DNA from: Takakia lepidozioides | Lineage: Eukaryota; Plantae; Bryophyta | Reading direction: 5' to 3' | DNA: 64,000 bases | NCBI GenBank assembly: GCA_030704615.1 | Contig: CM060732.1 | Location: 48,360,001-48,424,000, forward strand | Shown: piece by piece, positions 38,107 through 52,080 of the stretch | How the letters are laid out: the number at the start of each line of letters is the position of its first letter | Position numbering within the stretch: position 1 is the first letter of the stretch | Notes under the pieces: model-generated | Seen by the model: the letters and a program-made list of their open reading frames with translations, nothing else | Databases searched by the model: none | Told to the model about the DNA's origin: nothing | Position numbers and translations under genes: made by a program

Positions 38107-41100
38107 TCAAAGAATCCAACTCCTTCTGAACACCTCACATGTAATCCTATCACGCTGCAGAAGCGTATGAACGTCAGTGGGACCCATTGTACACTGGTGA
38201 ATGCACGTGTCTCGGTGAGGATCACAAAACATCCTGTGAATGTAGATGTAGTATAGGTGTTTGCACGGGACAAATTTGGGTTTCTTTCCAATAGAGCTTG
38301 ATAAAGTGTTCTGGAAGTCCGGGCATGTGCAATTTGAAAAATTGCCAACAGTTACCTCATAAGTCCTGTCGTGAACAACAGAACCCGATGTCACCATACT
38401 GTACACCCGCCCATAGCCTGGAGGGGAGACATTGACAACTCGACACTGCAGGTTTCTTGCTGATTCAATTTTGCACTAGTTTTCGGGACCTGCCTCAACA
38501 CGACGGACCGCTTTTCCATTTCGTTTCGTAGGCCAGTCGTTCCCATGTGGTGGACGTTGGGGGAATGCGGATTGCGAACCCCGACATGAAACTGGTGTTA
38601 TGACTACTGGGCCTCTTGGAAGACGAAACCCGACATCCTCCAGCATCTCAATTTCTTGCTTCGACAGACATGTTCCCAACTTCACTGGCCACACGGCTGG
38701 AATTTGAGGCTTGCTGAGGACTGAATCCCGGCAAGTCCCCATCACACAACGTTGAATGTCATCAGGGCAAAACCAGAACTTGTGAGGCCTGGACTCTCAC
38801 GCACCGTAATGTTTGAATAAACCAGTGAAAGACGGGGCAGGAGTCCCGCTCCGCCCCTAGAAATCTTGCTGGTGCACTTCACAAAGGACAATGCCCTAAC
38901 AGCAGAACACCCAACTTTTGATCCTTGGGTTGTCCGTTCAATGTGCCATATTGCATCAACACAATCAGACTCTTCCACCGCCAGCATCATCTCTCCCTCT
39001 CCCCGCACTGGAGCAGAGGGATATGAAGCATTGTATACAACAGAAGAACAGGCACCGACAGAGGAACTGCCAGATTTGAATGTCGGAGGCACAGGCACAC
39101 AAGGAATTGAGTAATTATCCCTGTCATGCCGATGGGATTCACTAGCGGATGCTGGTGGGGTGTCAAATTTGCGCTTGCATGAACCGAATCTTTCCTCCCC
39201 TTCCAGATGTGGGAGCTTGGACTGCAAAGGTGTTCCATTTGTGGATTCATTTACAGCACGCGCCATTTTAGCGGGATGCTTCGCTCTATTTGCAGCCCTG
39301 AGTAGCAACTCTTCCCTGTCTGGACCTTTGCCAGCTCCCCGTCCCCTCAGGAAGTCTCGGTACCTTGTTTGTTGCGAAACAGCCCGGACCATGTCATCTG
39401 CAGTCGCAACGTACAGGTTCCACCCGTTTTTGCCGGATTGTGCCATCCACTTACTATGCACAGTCTCCGCTAGATTGCAGGAGGGCATATCGGCAATGTC
39501 CTCCAGTGACATGTTCTGCATGCAATTCAACACAAGCATGATTACGTACAACAGCATAAGAACTGGATTGGACGGCCTATTCATTTTATAATATATCTCC
39601 CGACGAGAAGGAATAAAGCAAAATCATGCTAATTCGCTACTAACTTACAGTTGTCATGAAGGCACCCCACTGTCTATATCTGAAGTGCTAGAACCCCAAC
39701 CAGTCTTCCAATTCTTTGATTCCATCCAGACTGGCTACCTCAGATGAGTACCACCATGCTCAAATAGTCTGGAACATAGAGTTGGCTTCCTGCTCGGAGG
39801 TGACATCTTTATACAGACAGCATAGTCTCATATACTCCTCCCGCAACTCCAGTTTTATGGAACTCTTTGTGTGGCGTTGTAGGGACTGGCTCCAATGAAA
39901 GAGGCAAGTGTGGTCCCGGCCTTCCATTGGTAGTTTGGGGTCGCCTGAACCAAAAACAGTACGGACAACATTCCAATTTGCTTGAGTGCTGTCAGCCATG
40001 AACCCAGTGAAGTTTGGATCTGGGACACCATGAGCTGTCATGACATTAACAAGGGACTTCCACATAAGAATTTGTGACTCTGTGTCCTCCGACTGCATGT
40101 CACAAACAGCAACAGTCAACACTCTCTGGTATGCAGGATCGTATACATGATAGGCCATGGTCGTCCATTCTTTCACACGTTTCACGTGATCAAACATAAT
40201 CCAAGATTTCTGAAGATTACCACCAGGCTGCATTCTTCGCACCAGACTAACTCCGGATCCCTCACCAACTGTGGACATCTTGAATAAGTACACTTCCTGG
40301 CACCTTGCCCCGGGAAACATTGTCCTGAATGAAGTCATATCAGCTTATACGCTTTAACTCCATGATGCTATCCATAAAGCCTGTGTTGGCAGCACCCCCC
40401 CTTAGGACGTTGATTTGATTTCGCACATTTGGAGAACTCAATGGTGAGAAATGGTCCAAAACATCGTCAAGGGAGGCAGTGTCAAATTTAGTGGTGGACT
40501 CCTGCGATTCCCCAAACAAATACTTTTGTAGGAATCATTTGCTTGCTGCCAGAGCAATGGCTGATGGCAATGCACCAGGGGTTGAAGCAGTGAACGGACT
40601 GTATCAATAGTCTCTCTGCACTGTCCTCGGGACACTCGATGTGCATGAATGCCCAAATGGATACATGCCCTTGTGAGGTAACTGCAATTGTGAAGCACGT
40701 AGTACATACCTGCATTGCAATCTGCGATGCACTGTCGGACCAATTTACAGAACTTGCAAATGAGAGTACTACTACTTGTAGGAGCACAACCTACTTTGAA
40801 AGGGTTGTCGCAGACACCTTCCCATTCCGTCTCGTTTGCCGAACCGTCCATTTGGAAGTGCTGGCAAGAAGCATTTGGACAACGAAGGTGTCCAACGCAA
40901 ATCGATCTACGGAACTTCGAGCCATGCGGATTGCATATATTGGAAGTTTTCGTCTGGCACCATGGATGTCCATCGTGCTTCTTGTTCATGCCCGCAATTC
41001 GTCCTGCCAATCCCCCAGAGGATGTCGCTGGTGGCAGCTCAAAAATGATATCACCATTAAATTCATTGGGTAGGTATTTTGCTCTAACGATTTGCTGCGT

Positions 41101-41780
41101 ATCCCAATCAATGCCTCTCACATCACTCTTGCATCCTGGCAACCCCCTCAAGGACTGCAACTTCGGAATGACACTTGCAATCTCTTGCACATCGGGGTCC
41201 CCCAGTAGATGTTGATTTGGAGGAGGTGGGAGCTCCGACACGTCCTCTTCTGAGCTATTGGAGATATCAACAAATGTGGTGGAGGTTGTTTCTTCTCTTT
41301 TGATGGGCAGAGTTTTGGGCACCTGAGCCACCGAAGCTGCTGTTCCGGGCGTGACTATGGAACCTCCCGACAGACGTCTTTGATCCCCATGAACGTGATA
41401 CTTTGCGGGTGGAACTCTCCACTCTCGCCGACTGCCAGACAAATGTGGTTTCTGAACGCATGTGCCCTCGACCTTCCCCACTTTGTCATACACCTCTCTC
41501 ACTACATGTACAGTCCCTGCCTCAAAGCGGAAGGTTACGCAAAGCAAGTCTTCTTGAACTACGGCGAGCCCATTCACGTCGGCTACGGCACTCAGGTACT
41601 CCGCTTGCACGTTGCAGTAGAAAACAGCGACGTTGGAGTTGAGAGACATTGCATGAACGAGCACGGGAGTGTGGGCAGTGGAGAGCAGGTGACAAGAAGG
41701 CCGAATTCTGCGAACCACTTCCTGACAATGTCTGGTGGATCCACCGACTGAAGGTGCTGAGGCAAATTATTTCTTTGCAT
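38107..41780 (-). pseudogene. MULE transposase of element B (GCM-like Zn finger, DDE, Cys-rich domain, SWIM)
   Basis: DGHPW...RRSICVGHLRCPNASC...CKFC...C...ACIHLGIHAH; WIMFDHVKRV; FMADSTQAN; CLFHW; NLAETVHSKW; CTCPDF...PCKHLY; frameshifts. Confidence 0.88.
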
Positions 41781-43399
41781 GTTGTTTAGTAGTTGGCTTT
41801 GACTCTGACAGATTATCCCATTAATGTCAGATCACAGACCGCCGGACACATGATTCTGACAGGCAAGAATTGCAGCCGACTTTGCAGATGCCACATCCTC
41901 AGTGACTGCGTTGTGGGTCGAACCCCTTATGTCAAACATGGATACGTGGCATGCCTATATTTAAGTGTCTTGCAAGGGCAACACGTGTCGAGTCCTCTGC
42001 GAGACAGCCCGCAAGCATCCCGCCGAAAACCGAAAACCCCAATTATGAGCTGTTACGTTTTTGGATGATTTGTCATTCCTTGAGAGGGAGGGATGAAAAC
42101 CTAACCGCCATCCACTTTTGCCATTTGCCGGAGGGATGTCTTCGGAGGTTACATTCTGGCGTTCATCATTTCAGACTCGCCACACTGGAGCATCCCAAGA
42201 ACGAGTGTTTCCGCAAAGAAGAAAGCGAGAAGGCAGTCTTTGTACTTCACGTCTGCTAGGCAGAGGTTGAGAGCGAGAGAGAGGATGAAGAAAGCTAGGA
42301 GGGTTTTGAATTTGTCTGAGGGAGGGAGCGATCACGAGGGGGAGGGTTCTGTGGGCGAAGGGATGGAGAGCTGGGCAGGTAAGGAGCCCATTATGGACAA
42401 GCAGCTCGAGGATCTGTTGGAGCTGCCTCTATTGCAACCGATACAGGAAGAGGAAGTTGAAAGGGAGAGTGGTGCTCCTACGGAGGAGGAGGCAACGCAG
42501 CAAAGTCCGCAGAGGGGCCTGCCAACAAGGGGGCGGCCCTCCTCCATGCAGCTATCTTTGCGCCCATTGAAGGAGAAGGCTCAAGCGGAAAGCAGCGTCG
42601 GGTTGGGAGAGGAGGACACTTCCAGCAGTGGACAGAGTTTGATCCAGGTGAGTATAGCAGCGCATTGGCTTTATATGACCTTGTTCCCTGACTCGTAGCG
42701 ATAAAAAGAGCAGTAGGAAACATACATTTGAGCCTATTTGAAGATGACATTGACGATAGCTTAAAACGACATCGCATCATGTCCACCATTGCATTTGCAA
42801 GGGTTTCGAACAAGACGAGAACAAGATGATTAAGCTGTCGTTGACGACAACTTAATCTGCCACCTCCGCGAGGCATAGTCCTTTGTTCTAGCGAGCCCAA
42901 TGTTGTCTCTGTATGAGTGCAGTAGCCTACAATATGTACAGGATTAAGATGGCATTGACGACACCTTAATGTGGGCCTGCAATGCTTATATTCATTATGC
43001 TTTTTGGCAGAGAAAGCGGAAGAAGGCTTGGGAGAGTCAGCGTTCGATCTCATCCGTGGATCTTGCAGTTCAAGAGCAGACCATGCCAAAGCAGGGTCAT
43101 GTCGCTCAGGAGGAGGAGGTGCAAATAATGCAATGTCCATGACAGGTCTCAGGCACTGAGGAGCAGCAGAAAAACACACAAGTGCCTCCGCAATCCGTGA
43201 AGGAGAAGAGCCAGGTGCAAGGCAGAAGGCGTGCAGGGGGGGGCGGGTCTTCCAGCGGAGGAACGAAGCCAGAGAAGGTTAGTTCATACATTCGAATCCA
43301 TGGTTTTTGCAACACAAAGGAGTTAGATTGAGGTGTCGCTAACGCCACCTAAAAGGTCACCTTTGCGGGTAATGGTGTACGTAGGAAGGTTAAGGTGAA

Positions 43400-44170
43400 G
43401 GAAGATTAAGGTGTCGTTGACGACACCTTAATTTGCCACTGTGTTCAACCAAAAACATTGAGAAAACACCCAAGAACTACAACAGATTAAGCTGTCGTTG
43501 ACAACAGCTTAATCTACCACTGCATTCAACCTCGAACATGGGGAAATCACCTAGACAAACAGCAGATTAAGGTGTCGTTGACGACATCTTAATCTGCCTC
43601 TCCATTCAACCCAAAATATGGGAAAAACACCCTAGAACTGTAGCAGATTAAGGTGTCGTTGACGACATCTTAATCTACCAATGAATTGAACCCAAAACAT
43701 GGGAAAACAGTCTAGTACTACAACAGATTAAGGTGTCGTCAACGACACCTTAATCTGCCTTTGCAATCAAAATAAACATAGGAGAAACACTCTAGAACTA
43801 CAGCAGATTAAGTTGTCGTCAACGACAGCTTAATCTGATTAAGCTGTCGTTGACGACATCTTAATCTACCAATGAATTCAACATAAAACATCCCAAAAAC
43901 ACCCTACAACTGTAGCAGATTAAGGTGTCGTTGACAACATCTTAATCTCCAATGAAGTGAACCCAAAACATGAGAAAATCACTCTGGAACTTCAGCAGAT
44001 TAAGGTGTCATTGACGACACCTTAATCTGCCTCTGCAATGAACATAAACATGGGAGAAACACTCTAGAACTACAACACCTTAATCTGCCACTGCATTTAA
44101 CCTCAAACATGGGGAAATCACCCTACAAAAACAGCAAATTAAGTTGTCGTTGACGACATCTTAATCTCTC
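43400..44170. repeat. Intronic ~80-bp tandem array containing the B palindrome
   Basis: About 10 copies of agattaaggtgtcgttgacgacatcttaatct with mutually homologous spacers, immediately upstream of the ParB exon. Confidence 0.92.
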
Positions 44171-45949
44171 CATGAATTGTGTGTCTTAACACATTGCATT
44201 TTGCAGAAAAAGAGAAAGAAAGCCGGGGGAAACCAGCCTGCAGAGGAAACAGTTGTTCTTGAAGATAGGGACATTGTTGTGGACGCCAACTATGAAGCCA
44301 AGGTGCATTCTCTTATGTACACCACCAAGGTGAACTCGAGGAAAGTCATCAACTCCATGGAAGTGAAAGACGACACTCTTTTCATTCCTTTGTACCGGAT
44401 GATTTCTATGCCAGTAGTTCGCCCTGCCCTTCACCACGATATCAAGAAGCTACAGGGGGATTTTATCCACGGGTACTTGAAGGGTTCAGCTGTGTTTTAC
44501 GTGTCACTGACTGATATCCAGGGATCTGAGAAATTGGTGGACCTCGATGTAATGGATAGTTGGGACCCGATTAGGAAAGAAGTGAATACGGAGTTTGAGA
44601 TTGAGCTTTCACAGAACCCAGCACACATCCAGTACATGAACAAAATGTTCTTTGTCTGGGATGGCAACCACCGTTTGGTGGCCTGGATGGAGTACATCAG
44701 CAGGATGTATGCGGAGAACAAAGAGTGGCACTATCAGGTTCAGTCAATGGTCCTTGATCCGGAGGGGAAGTTCACACAGCTTCTAACTGCAATGCACGAT
44801 ATCAACAAGTAAGAGTCTTGCCCACTTCTTGTCTCCAATTTCATTGTTCTGTCAATTATCAAACTTTGTCAACTGACCTATTCGCATTGCAGGGGGACGG
44901 AGACATCCCATGTCACCACCAACATAGTCCATTCCTTGTTTCGTATGCAAAGCATAGGAGTGATGCCATTGGAAACGTCCGCAAGTGTCTTGTCCCCGGA
45001 CACACTGAAGAAGTGCCAAACGATCAAGAAGACAAGGACTTGGTACAACCTGACAACGGAGGTGTTTCTCGACTACTTGTACGCGGTGAGTTTCTGTGCG
45101 GAATGCATTATGGATATGTCATGTTTTTGCTTTGGTTTTGTTGTTCACGAGGGTTACATGGGTGTGTCACAGCAAGAAATAGCAGAAGCGGGAGAACGAG
45201 CCAAGCTGGAGTAATACGCCACTACAGATGAGGATGAGAGAACGGAAAACGGGGTGGAGGCAAAAATGAAGGCGGACATGGATACGTGCAGGAAGAACCT
45301 CAAAAGCGCGTTCGACAAACACATTCGAATCGCTGATCTCAGATTGGGAAAGGGGTTTCTGGAGCAAGTTCGGATCCACTGGAACAAGCCCACTAAGCCA
45401 GAGATGACACAGGAAAAGCTCCACCACCTTTCCATTTCCATGGTTGACCCTGCTCAGAAAGTGAGGTGGCTGGAAATCTGGAACTCGGATCCGATCATCC
45501 GGGATACAAACAATTTCCCAAAACCAATGAAGGACCCTGAGACTGGGGTGGTGACACCTGTCAGTGACCGCGCATTCGACACTTGGTTGCACAAAGCGAC
45601 CTTCTGGAGCCAGGTGAGACTGTAAAAACATTGTCACTGTTCCAGCAATGAGTACATGGTTTCTTATGTTGATTAACTCAAAATTTGGCAGATGGTTGTG
45701 CAGCTGGAGAAGCGGGCAATTGATACTTTTGAGAAATCACTGCTGGACTACAAAATCACAATGACCACTCCGAGCATCAAGTTCCAGTCATACGTTCGGA
45801 AATGGAGAAGAGAGCTGTGGAAGTATGCATTTTTCCGTGAGTTTGAGAAAGAAGGGGCATTCTGCACTCGCAGGACTTCGACCATCAGTATAACGGGGAG
45901 CAGGCAATGAAACACGTTCTGTACAGGGACTGCCTTTTATGTTGATGGC

Positions 45950-46430
45950 ACTACATTAAGATGTCATTGACGACATCTTAAAACAGGCATTGTCTATAGT
46001 GCAAATAGCAATTTTTTGGTACTAAACACAGAATTTCATGTATGAAGTGGGTCGATTTAAGGTGGCGTTGACGACACCTTAAATCGGTGCCCTTTGGGCT
46101 CTTCAAAACTGAACAGCTGCACACATCTGTTTCTTGTTCATCTGCAGGTCTTCATTGTTTTGTTGTGCTTCCTGCAATTTAAGATGTCGTGAACGACATC
46201 TTAAAACAGACATCCTTTTGTAGTCCAGCAAGTCATTTTTCGTCAGACAACAAAAAATACCATGTGCGTAGGGGTCGATTTAAGATGGCGTTGACGACAT
46301 CTTAAATGGCTGCTCTTTGGGCTCTCAAAAATAGTCCAGTTGAGCATGTATGCTTTCTGTTGTTCTGTAGCTCTTCAATATTTGTTCAAGTTCCTGGAGT
46401 TTAAGATGTCGTCAATGACATCTTAATGTG
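45950..46430. repeat. Intronic B palindromes
   Basis: Five copies of ttaagrtgkcrttgacgacaycttaa inside the intron that follows the LYR codons. Confidence 0.85.
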
Positions 46431-48596
46431 TAGTCTGCAAATTCTGCAATGAACGGGCGAGTTCTTGTGGTCTGTGGGGATATATGCTCTGAGGAGGAAC
46501 ACTGGTGTGGATGTAGGTACTTTCACTTCGTTCTTATTCCAGATAAGGCTCTCAGTGATGATCCGGACTTTATTCGTGGATGGGGGAACCTAGATGACGA
46601 CACCACTATGTTCACTGCGGGAATTGTGAAGGACTGGGATCGAGCTCATTACCGCGACTGCGGGTGGTACCTCGACCGCCCTCGGCAGTCCACTCCGTGG
46701 GAGGAGAACGTCTTGAGGAATCAGAATGAGAATGCAGATGCCTTGGCACCCCGGATAGATGAGGAGTTGCAGGCTAGGTTCCTTGCGCAGCTGAGTAAGA
46801 AGGAGCCAGCAAAGACGGCCACCCCCGCGGGTGGGAAGAAGAAAAACAAAGGGAAACAAACTATGGAGGCAGGTGGGTCCACCGGTGCTGTGGCTGCCGT
46901 TGATTCTAGGTCAGGGCCTGCAGGGACTCGTGGGGCAGTACTTGATTGCCCACAGGCAGATGATCGCATTGTGCGTACAAAGGTCCAGCAGATTTCCATC
47001 ACAGCTGATGAAAGGACTAACCACAGGGCAAAGAAACGACCTTACGAAGCCCGACTTTGTGTCTCCAGAGTAGTGGGTCCGCACTTCCAGCGGAAAACGG
47101 CAAACGTCAGCTTCCTGCATATGATGGAGTCCAGGAAGTCCACATTCACAGGGGTCAAATCTCCTGCATGGGACCATCTCTGCTCTTTCCTCACCCTGGT
47201 AATGCCCATGCATCTTTCAACTTTGTTCCCATTTCATGACATTGTGGGGTGTTGGATTTGGTGGATTAAGATGTCGTCAACGACATCTTAATCCACCAGC
47301 ACTTTGTACTTACCAGTTTCCTAAATATACACCAACCACCCAATTTGATTTGCTTGCATTTGCTTTTGGCAGGTGACGAAGAATCCATGTCGGGTGAACG
47401 GTGTCCAGCAGCCTTACGCCGCTAACCTTTTAATCCTTGACATCCCGGATGGGCAGCCTGTGCTTGATATCATTCCCCCTGCTGTGGCTCCACAGTGGAA
47501 TGCTCAAAACCCTCTATATTAGCAGTGGGCATTCTCTTTCAGCAACAAGTTCCTCTCTGACGCAGGGGGCCTTCTGATATTTCAATCTGACGACATGGCA
47601 TCCCGCCGGATTCTTCATATCTACATGAAGTCCTCTGGGTTCCAAATCAACAAAATATGGACATGTGTTAATACACTGCCTCTGTCGAAGGGGGAGTTTC
47701 CAGGGCATAAGGTATTTCCTGTAACTTTCATTGTCTTCGTCCGTGTTGTCGTTGAATACCCATAGTTGCTGACGTATTTCCATTGTTGTTGGTGCAGACC
47801 CATGTGTTCAAGGCCATATGCCTGTCACGAATTTGGCCTGCCAACACTCCTACTTATGTTGGGCATTTCGACGTTTGGGGAGGAGGTCTGCACATAGACC
47901 CAGATTGCGACCCAGTCGAATATGATGTTGTTCACAACTATGTGGATGCGTCCCAGACTCTGAAAAAGACTGGAGAAATTCCATGGAGAGGTGCCCGGGA
48001 GGAGGTTAGCTATTTCATGAGCATGAGCGGCATGAGCGGAGTAGCAAGACAATCGGTTTTCATGAGCAGAAGTACAAATTTTGAAAATAAAAAACATTAT
48101 AAAACATTAATTTAATGCAATGTGTCAGAAAAAAAAAATATATTATTCGGCACCTTGAAGGGAAAATTGTAGTTTTGAGAGTTGTGCTCATCATATTTCG
48201 TCTTCCGCTCATGCCAATTCCCAGCGACATGTGCTAAAATGGCGCCGAATTTCGCGGTAATAGGGTATGTAACCGGAAAAAATCGCGACGTATTTCGCGG
48301 TAATAGGTCTCTCTGGCGAAAAATGGTGCCGAATTCCGCGGCTATAGGTCCCCTCATGACAGGTGTGTAAGCCCAAAATTTGGAAATGTGGCGCCGAATT
48401 TCGGTACATGGTGCCGGGGATTGCACAGATGTTCTGGGCCATGTAACTGGAAATTCGGCGCCATTTTTCCAGACACGGGTACCTGTGCATGTTGGGACTT
48501 AGCCAGTTTTTGGCCCAAAATAGAGAAATTCGGCGCCATTTTTCCATAAATGGCCCCACAACTGCTGTTGGATCTCAATTTGAATGGAATATTGCC

Positions 48597-51500
48597 TCAT
48601 TCCAGGAGTTTTGGGGTGCATTTCATTACACTGCAAAAAAAAGTCTGATACATGAAAATGCAATTGAAAATATCCATATGGAGGATTCCCTTTGCCCCAT
48701 CAATGATTGAATCCCTAAGGAGGAGTTTGTGCAGCTCGTTCACGCTCAACGCCGGTGCATGAATAAAGTCATCAATAGTCACGTTCATCCTCAACCTCTT
48801 CAGGTAAATGTAATACAGATGCTTGCACGGATAATACTTTGAACCCTTCTTTGCTTCCATCAACGAGAAGTCCGTACAATTGCAAGTCGGCTCCACTCCA
48901 ATCGTAATTGTGTATACATCGTCGCGTACAGCCGAGCCGGCCGTTGCCATCCGATAAACACGCCCAAGGCCGGGTGGAGGTACGTCCACGGAGCTCTGAA
49001 TAGTGCAAGCCATCCCAAGAGCATTGGCAATCCGAGTCTCATTCAACTTGTTGGGAGAGTGTCGTCTCTTCACTCTTCCGAATCGCATTGTGGGATGTGC
49101 AGAATTGTCCAATCCGTCTCTACTGGACCGAGCAGTCTGCAATGGCTGGGTTTGAGGAACCGGAAATGCGTGGGCCGGGACATCTGTGCGTTGCACCATT
49201 CGAAATCATGCTGCAGATAGAGCATCCGCCTCATTCTGAGAGAGGCTGCAACCCGGTGCAACAGGCCAGACGCCCGGAGGCTCCGGCATTCCTTGAATCC
49301 CGTACTTGGGCTTGCCAAATACACAGGTCATTATGTCGTGCCTACAAAACCAAAATGTCTGCGTTGTGGCGTGAGTAAATGTGGGAGTCAAAAATCTGCC
49401 GCTGAAACAAGGTGCAGGTACAGCACCGTGTGGGTTCCTCCGAATCATCTCACCATAGCGTGCTCTCGTATCCACCCGGATGGCGCAGCACTTCCCTCGA
49501 AATGCCGGCAATGTCCTCGCAATTCTCCACTGTGACTCCGACACTCTTGTCTCCACAATGGGAATGTTGTACTGTTTTACTACAGATGGCTCGTTATGTT
49601 GCCGGGGCACGCGCCCTGTGGTCAAAAGAGATGGCGATCTTGAAGGTGCAGGACTTGCGGTGCTCGACGAGACCTCCTCGGGCAACATCACAGGACCACG
49701 AGGGGGCGTGCGAATATTCTTGTCAGCTCGCCATGAATCCTCTTCTCCGCCAGGTGCCTCGTCAAGTCTTCGTCTCACTGGACGGGTATGAACATCTCCT
49801 TCCAAATGTTGGCCTCTTCGAAGCAATGGCGTGTCCCGAAGGCCCTCTCGCAAGGCCGCCGCCCACTTCTGAGTATTCTTCGATCTGGAGGCAGTCCACA
49901 TCAGCATTTCCTACCTGTCCGGCCCCAAGCCCCACTGTTTCCCTTTCAAGAACTCGTTGTACCTGCTTTGTTGCATAATTGACCTCATAATGTCCTCCGT
50001 TGTGGCAATGAGGATGTCCACCAGATGCGCCGCAGAGGAGGCACGCCAGGAAGAGTGCACTGATTCGGCCATGTTTGTCGTGGGCATGTCGGTGTCGGAG
50101 TCGAGACACATTTCCTGCACAAGCACATGTTGAGGTTACAAGCAAGTTACAAATAATGCCAAGAATAATACTCAACGGGACGCGAATTCGTGCAACTCAC
50201 CTCCCGCATATAGTCGCCGAACTGGAGGAAACGATAATGCCACCATGCTAGCCAACTGACCATTTCTCCCTCGTCTGATTTCCTTACAGCACCTGACGAT
50301 GTCCACCAAGCCCGTATACATGCAAACTGTGTCTCTGCATCATCCAAGGTGGGAGCGCGCTTCCACGCAAGACACATGGAACGGTGCTCCTCTCTGAAAT
50401 CTGGCGCCACGAGCCTGGTTGTGTACTGTGAAAGGCTCTGCAAAAAATAGAACCCACAAGATCTCTCCTTGCCTTCCATGGGAACATTGGGGTCTTGCTC
50501 GTACACCCTTCGGATGGCAGCCCAATTTGCTTGTGCGTTGTCCGCCATGAAACCACGAAAATTGGGAGGGGGCAATCCCGCCTTGGCCATCTGTTCGTTT
50601 ATTCCCTGCCAAAGAAGCATCTCCGATTGTGTGTCCTCTCCTTTCATCTCACAATTAGCAATTGTCATTAGCATCCTGCAGTGGGTGTCGTAGACATGTG
50701 CACCCATTGTCACCCACTGGTGATTTGTAATTCGCTTGATATGGTCGAACATGACCCAACTGTTTGACAAGTCCCCACTCGTCATCATGTCGACCAGTTC
50801 GACGCCGCTGCCAGGTCCACACGTCGACATTTTGAATACAAAACAACGATCTGCCTCAGTCCCTTGTCCTGGAAACCGACTTCCATGAATGTAGTCATAT
50901 CCACATCGTCGCTTCACCTCCAGAATGGAGTGCATATCCGAGCCACGCCCAATTTTCTGTTTGCATGACACAATGTGGTTTCGGACATTCGGTGAACAGA
51001 CGTGAGACACCGACTCCAGCAATGCCTCCATTTCCTTGTCATCGAGAGGAACTCTGTCGGAGCCGTCTTCCGACATAATTCTGGCCAACGCCATCTTATG
51101 GGCGGCTTGGAGCTGTATCTGTTTGGGTTTGGCACCCAGTCTCAACTTAACCTCCTCCTGAACGAGCTGCTCTGCCTCGTGGGCAGCCTCCCGCGAGTTC
51201 CCCCTCGCCAATTTGTGACAATGGGAACCAACGTGTATGCAAGCTCGGGTGAGGTCAAGGAAACGGGGGGCAACACATAGAACTGCTTGGCATTACAAAC
51301 AGACATGCAGTGTGGTGGTTCTTTGCAATGCGCACACTTAAATGTGGAGTTCGGAACCTTCTCCTGAGCTCGAAATGGTTGATGAGTTGTGCCTGTCCAA
51401 TCGGTCTCGTTCCTGTGACCTCTGGATTTAAAGTGGAAGCAAGTTGGGGAGAAACACTGCAACGCGCCCGCACAAACAACGTAGGGCACCCGCACACCAT

Positions 51501-52080
51501 CGAGCATCTTCATGCTGGTGGTTTTGGTAACGCACCAAGGATGACCGTCATGTTTTCTATCCATATCTGTCAACATTCCGGACGCCCTCGAGTAGTCCGC
51601 CCGAGGAGGGAACTCAAAGAAGATATTACCGTCGACGTCTGCGGGAAGGCATGTAACCAATTTAATTGCGAACTTGCTGTAGTCCAGCCCGGCCAGCTCC
51701 GAGCGGTGTCCCTCCATGTGAAGCCCTCGCAGAATTTTCAAGAATAGATCGAACTGCGGTGCTCGTGCTAGGAATATGACTCCCTCGTCCACTAACGTCC
51801 ATTGAGGACTTGCCTGATCTCCAGGACGATCTCGGAACTTCCATGACCTTGTCTGAGTCGGACAGGTTGTGAACAACCCGGTTCTCGCTCGTCTTCATTG
51901 ATGGGTTCGGCTCTGGATTTACTTCGTTGCAGACTTCTCTATTTGAGGTACCCACTCTCTGATTCGCGGATTGTTTCGTTGAAGGCGCCAGGATAGAAGG
52001 TGCATTAGGCGGGCAAATGAAGTCCCCAACAGCCCTGTATATGACGTTGTCCGATGGTGGAACTCGCCATTCCCCCCCCA
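48597..52080 (-). pseudogene. MULE transposase of element C
   Basis: EWRVPP (shared with B); DGHPW...VCAGALQCFSPTC...CAHC; WVMFDHIKRI; FMADNAQAN; NMAESVHSSW; intron ~50200-50119; SWIM CNCTDF...PCKHLY; frameshifts and stops. Confidence 0.88.

Larger units (their letters stand above)
42285..48001 (+). pseudogene. ParB/Srx + N4C/N6A methyltransferase-like gene of element B, multi-exon, interrupted by C
   Basis: Low-complexity N-terminal exons; ParB exon 44207-44808 (VVRPALHHDIKKL...FFVWDGNHRLVAW); GT-AG introns at ~42648, 43278, 44809, 45086, 45613, 45930, 47199, 47712; MTase LLILDIPDG (~47430-47455), IWTCVN, PWRGARE. Confidence 0.8.

Noticed and set aside
43400-44170. CRISPR-like array of palindromic ~30-bp repeats
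   Set aside because: Spacers are homologous to each other, the array lies in a spliceosomal intron, and no cas genes are present.
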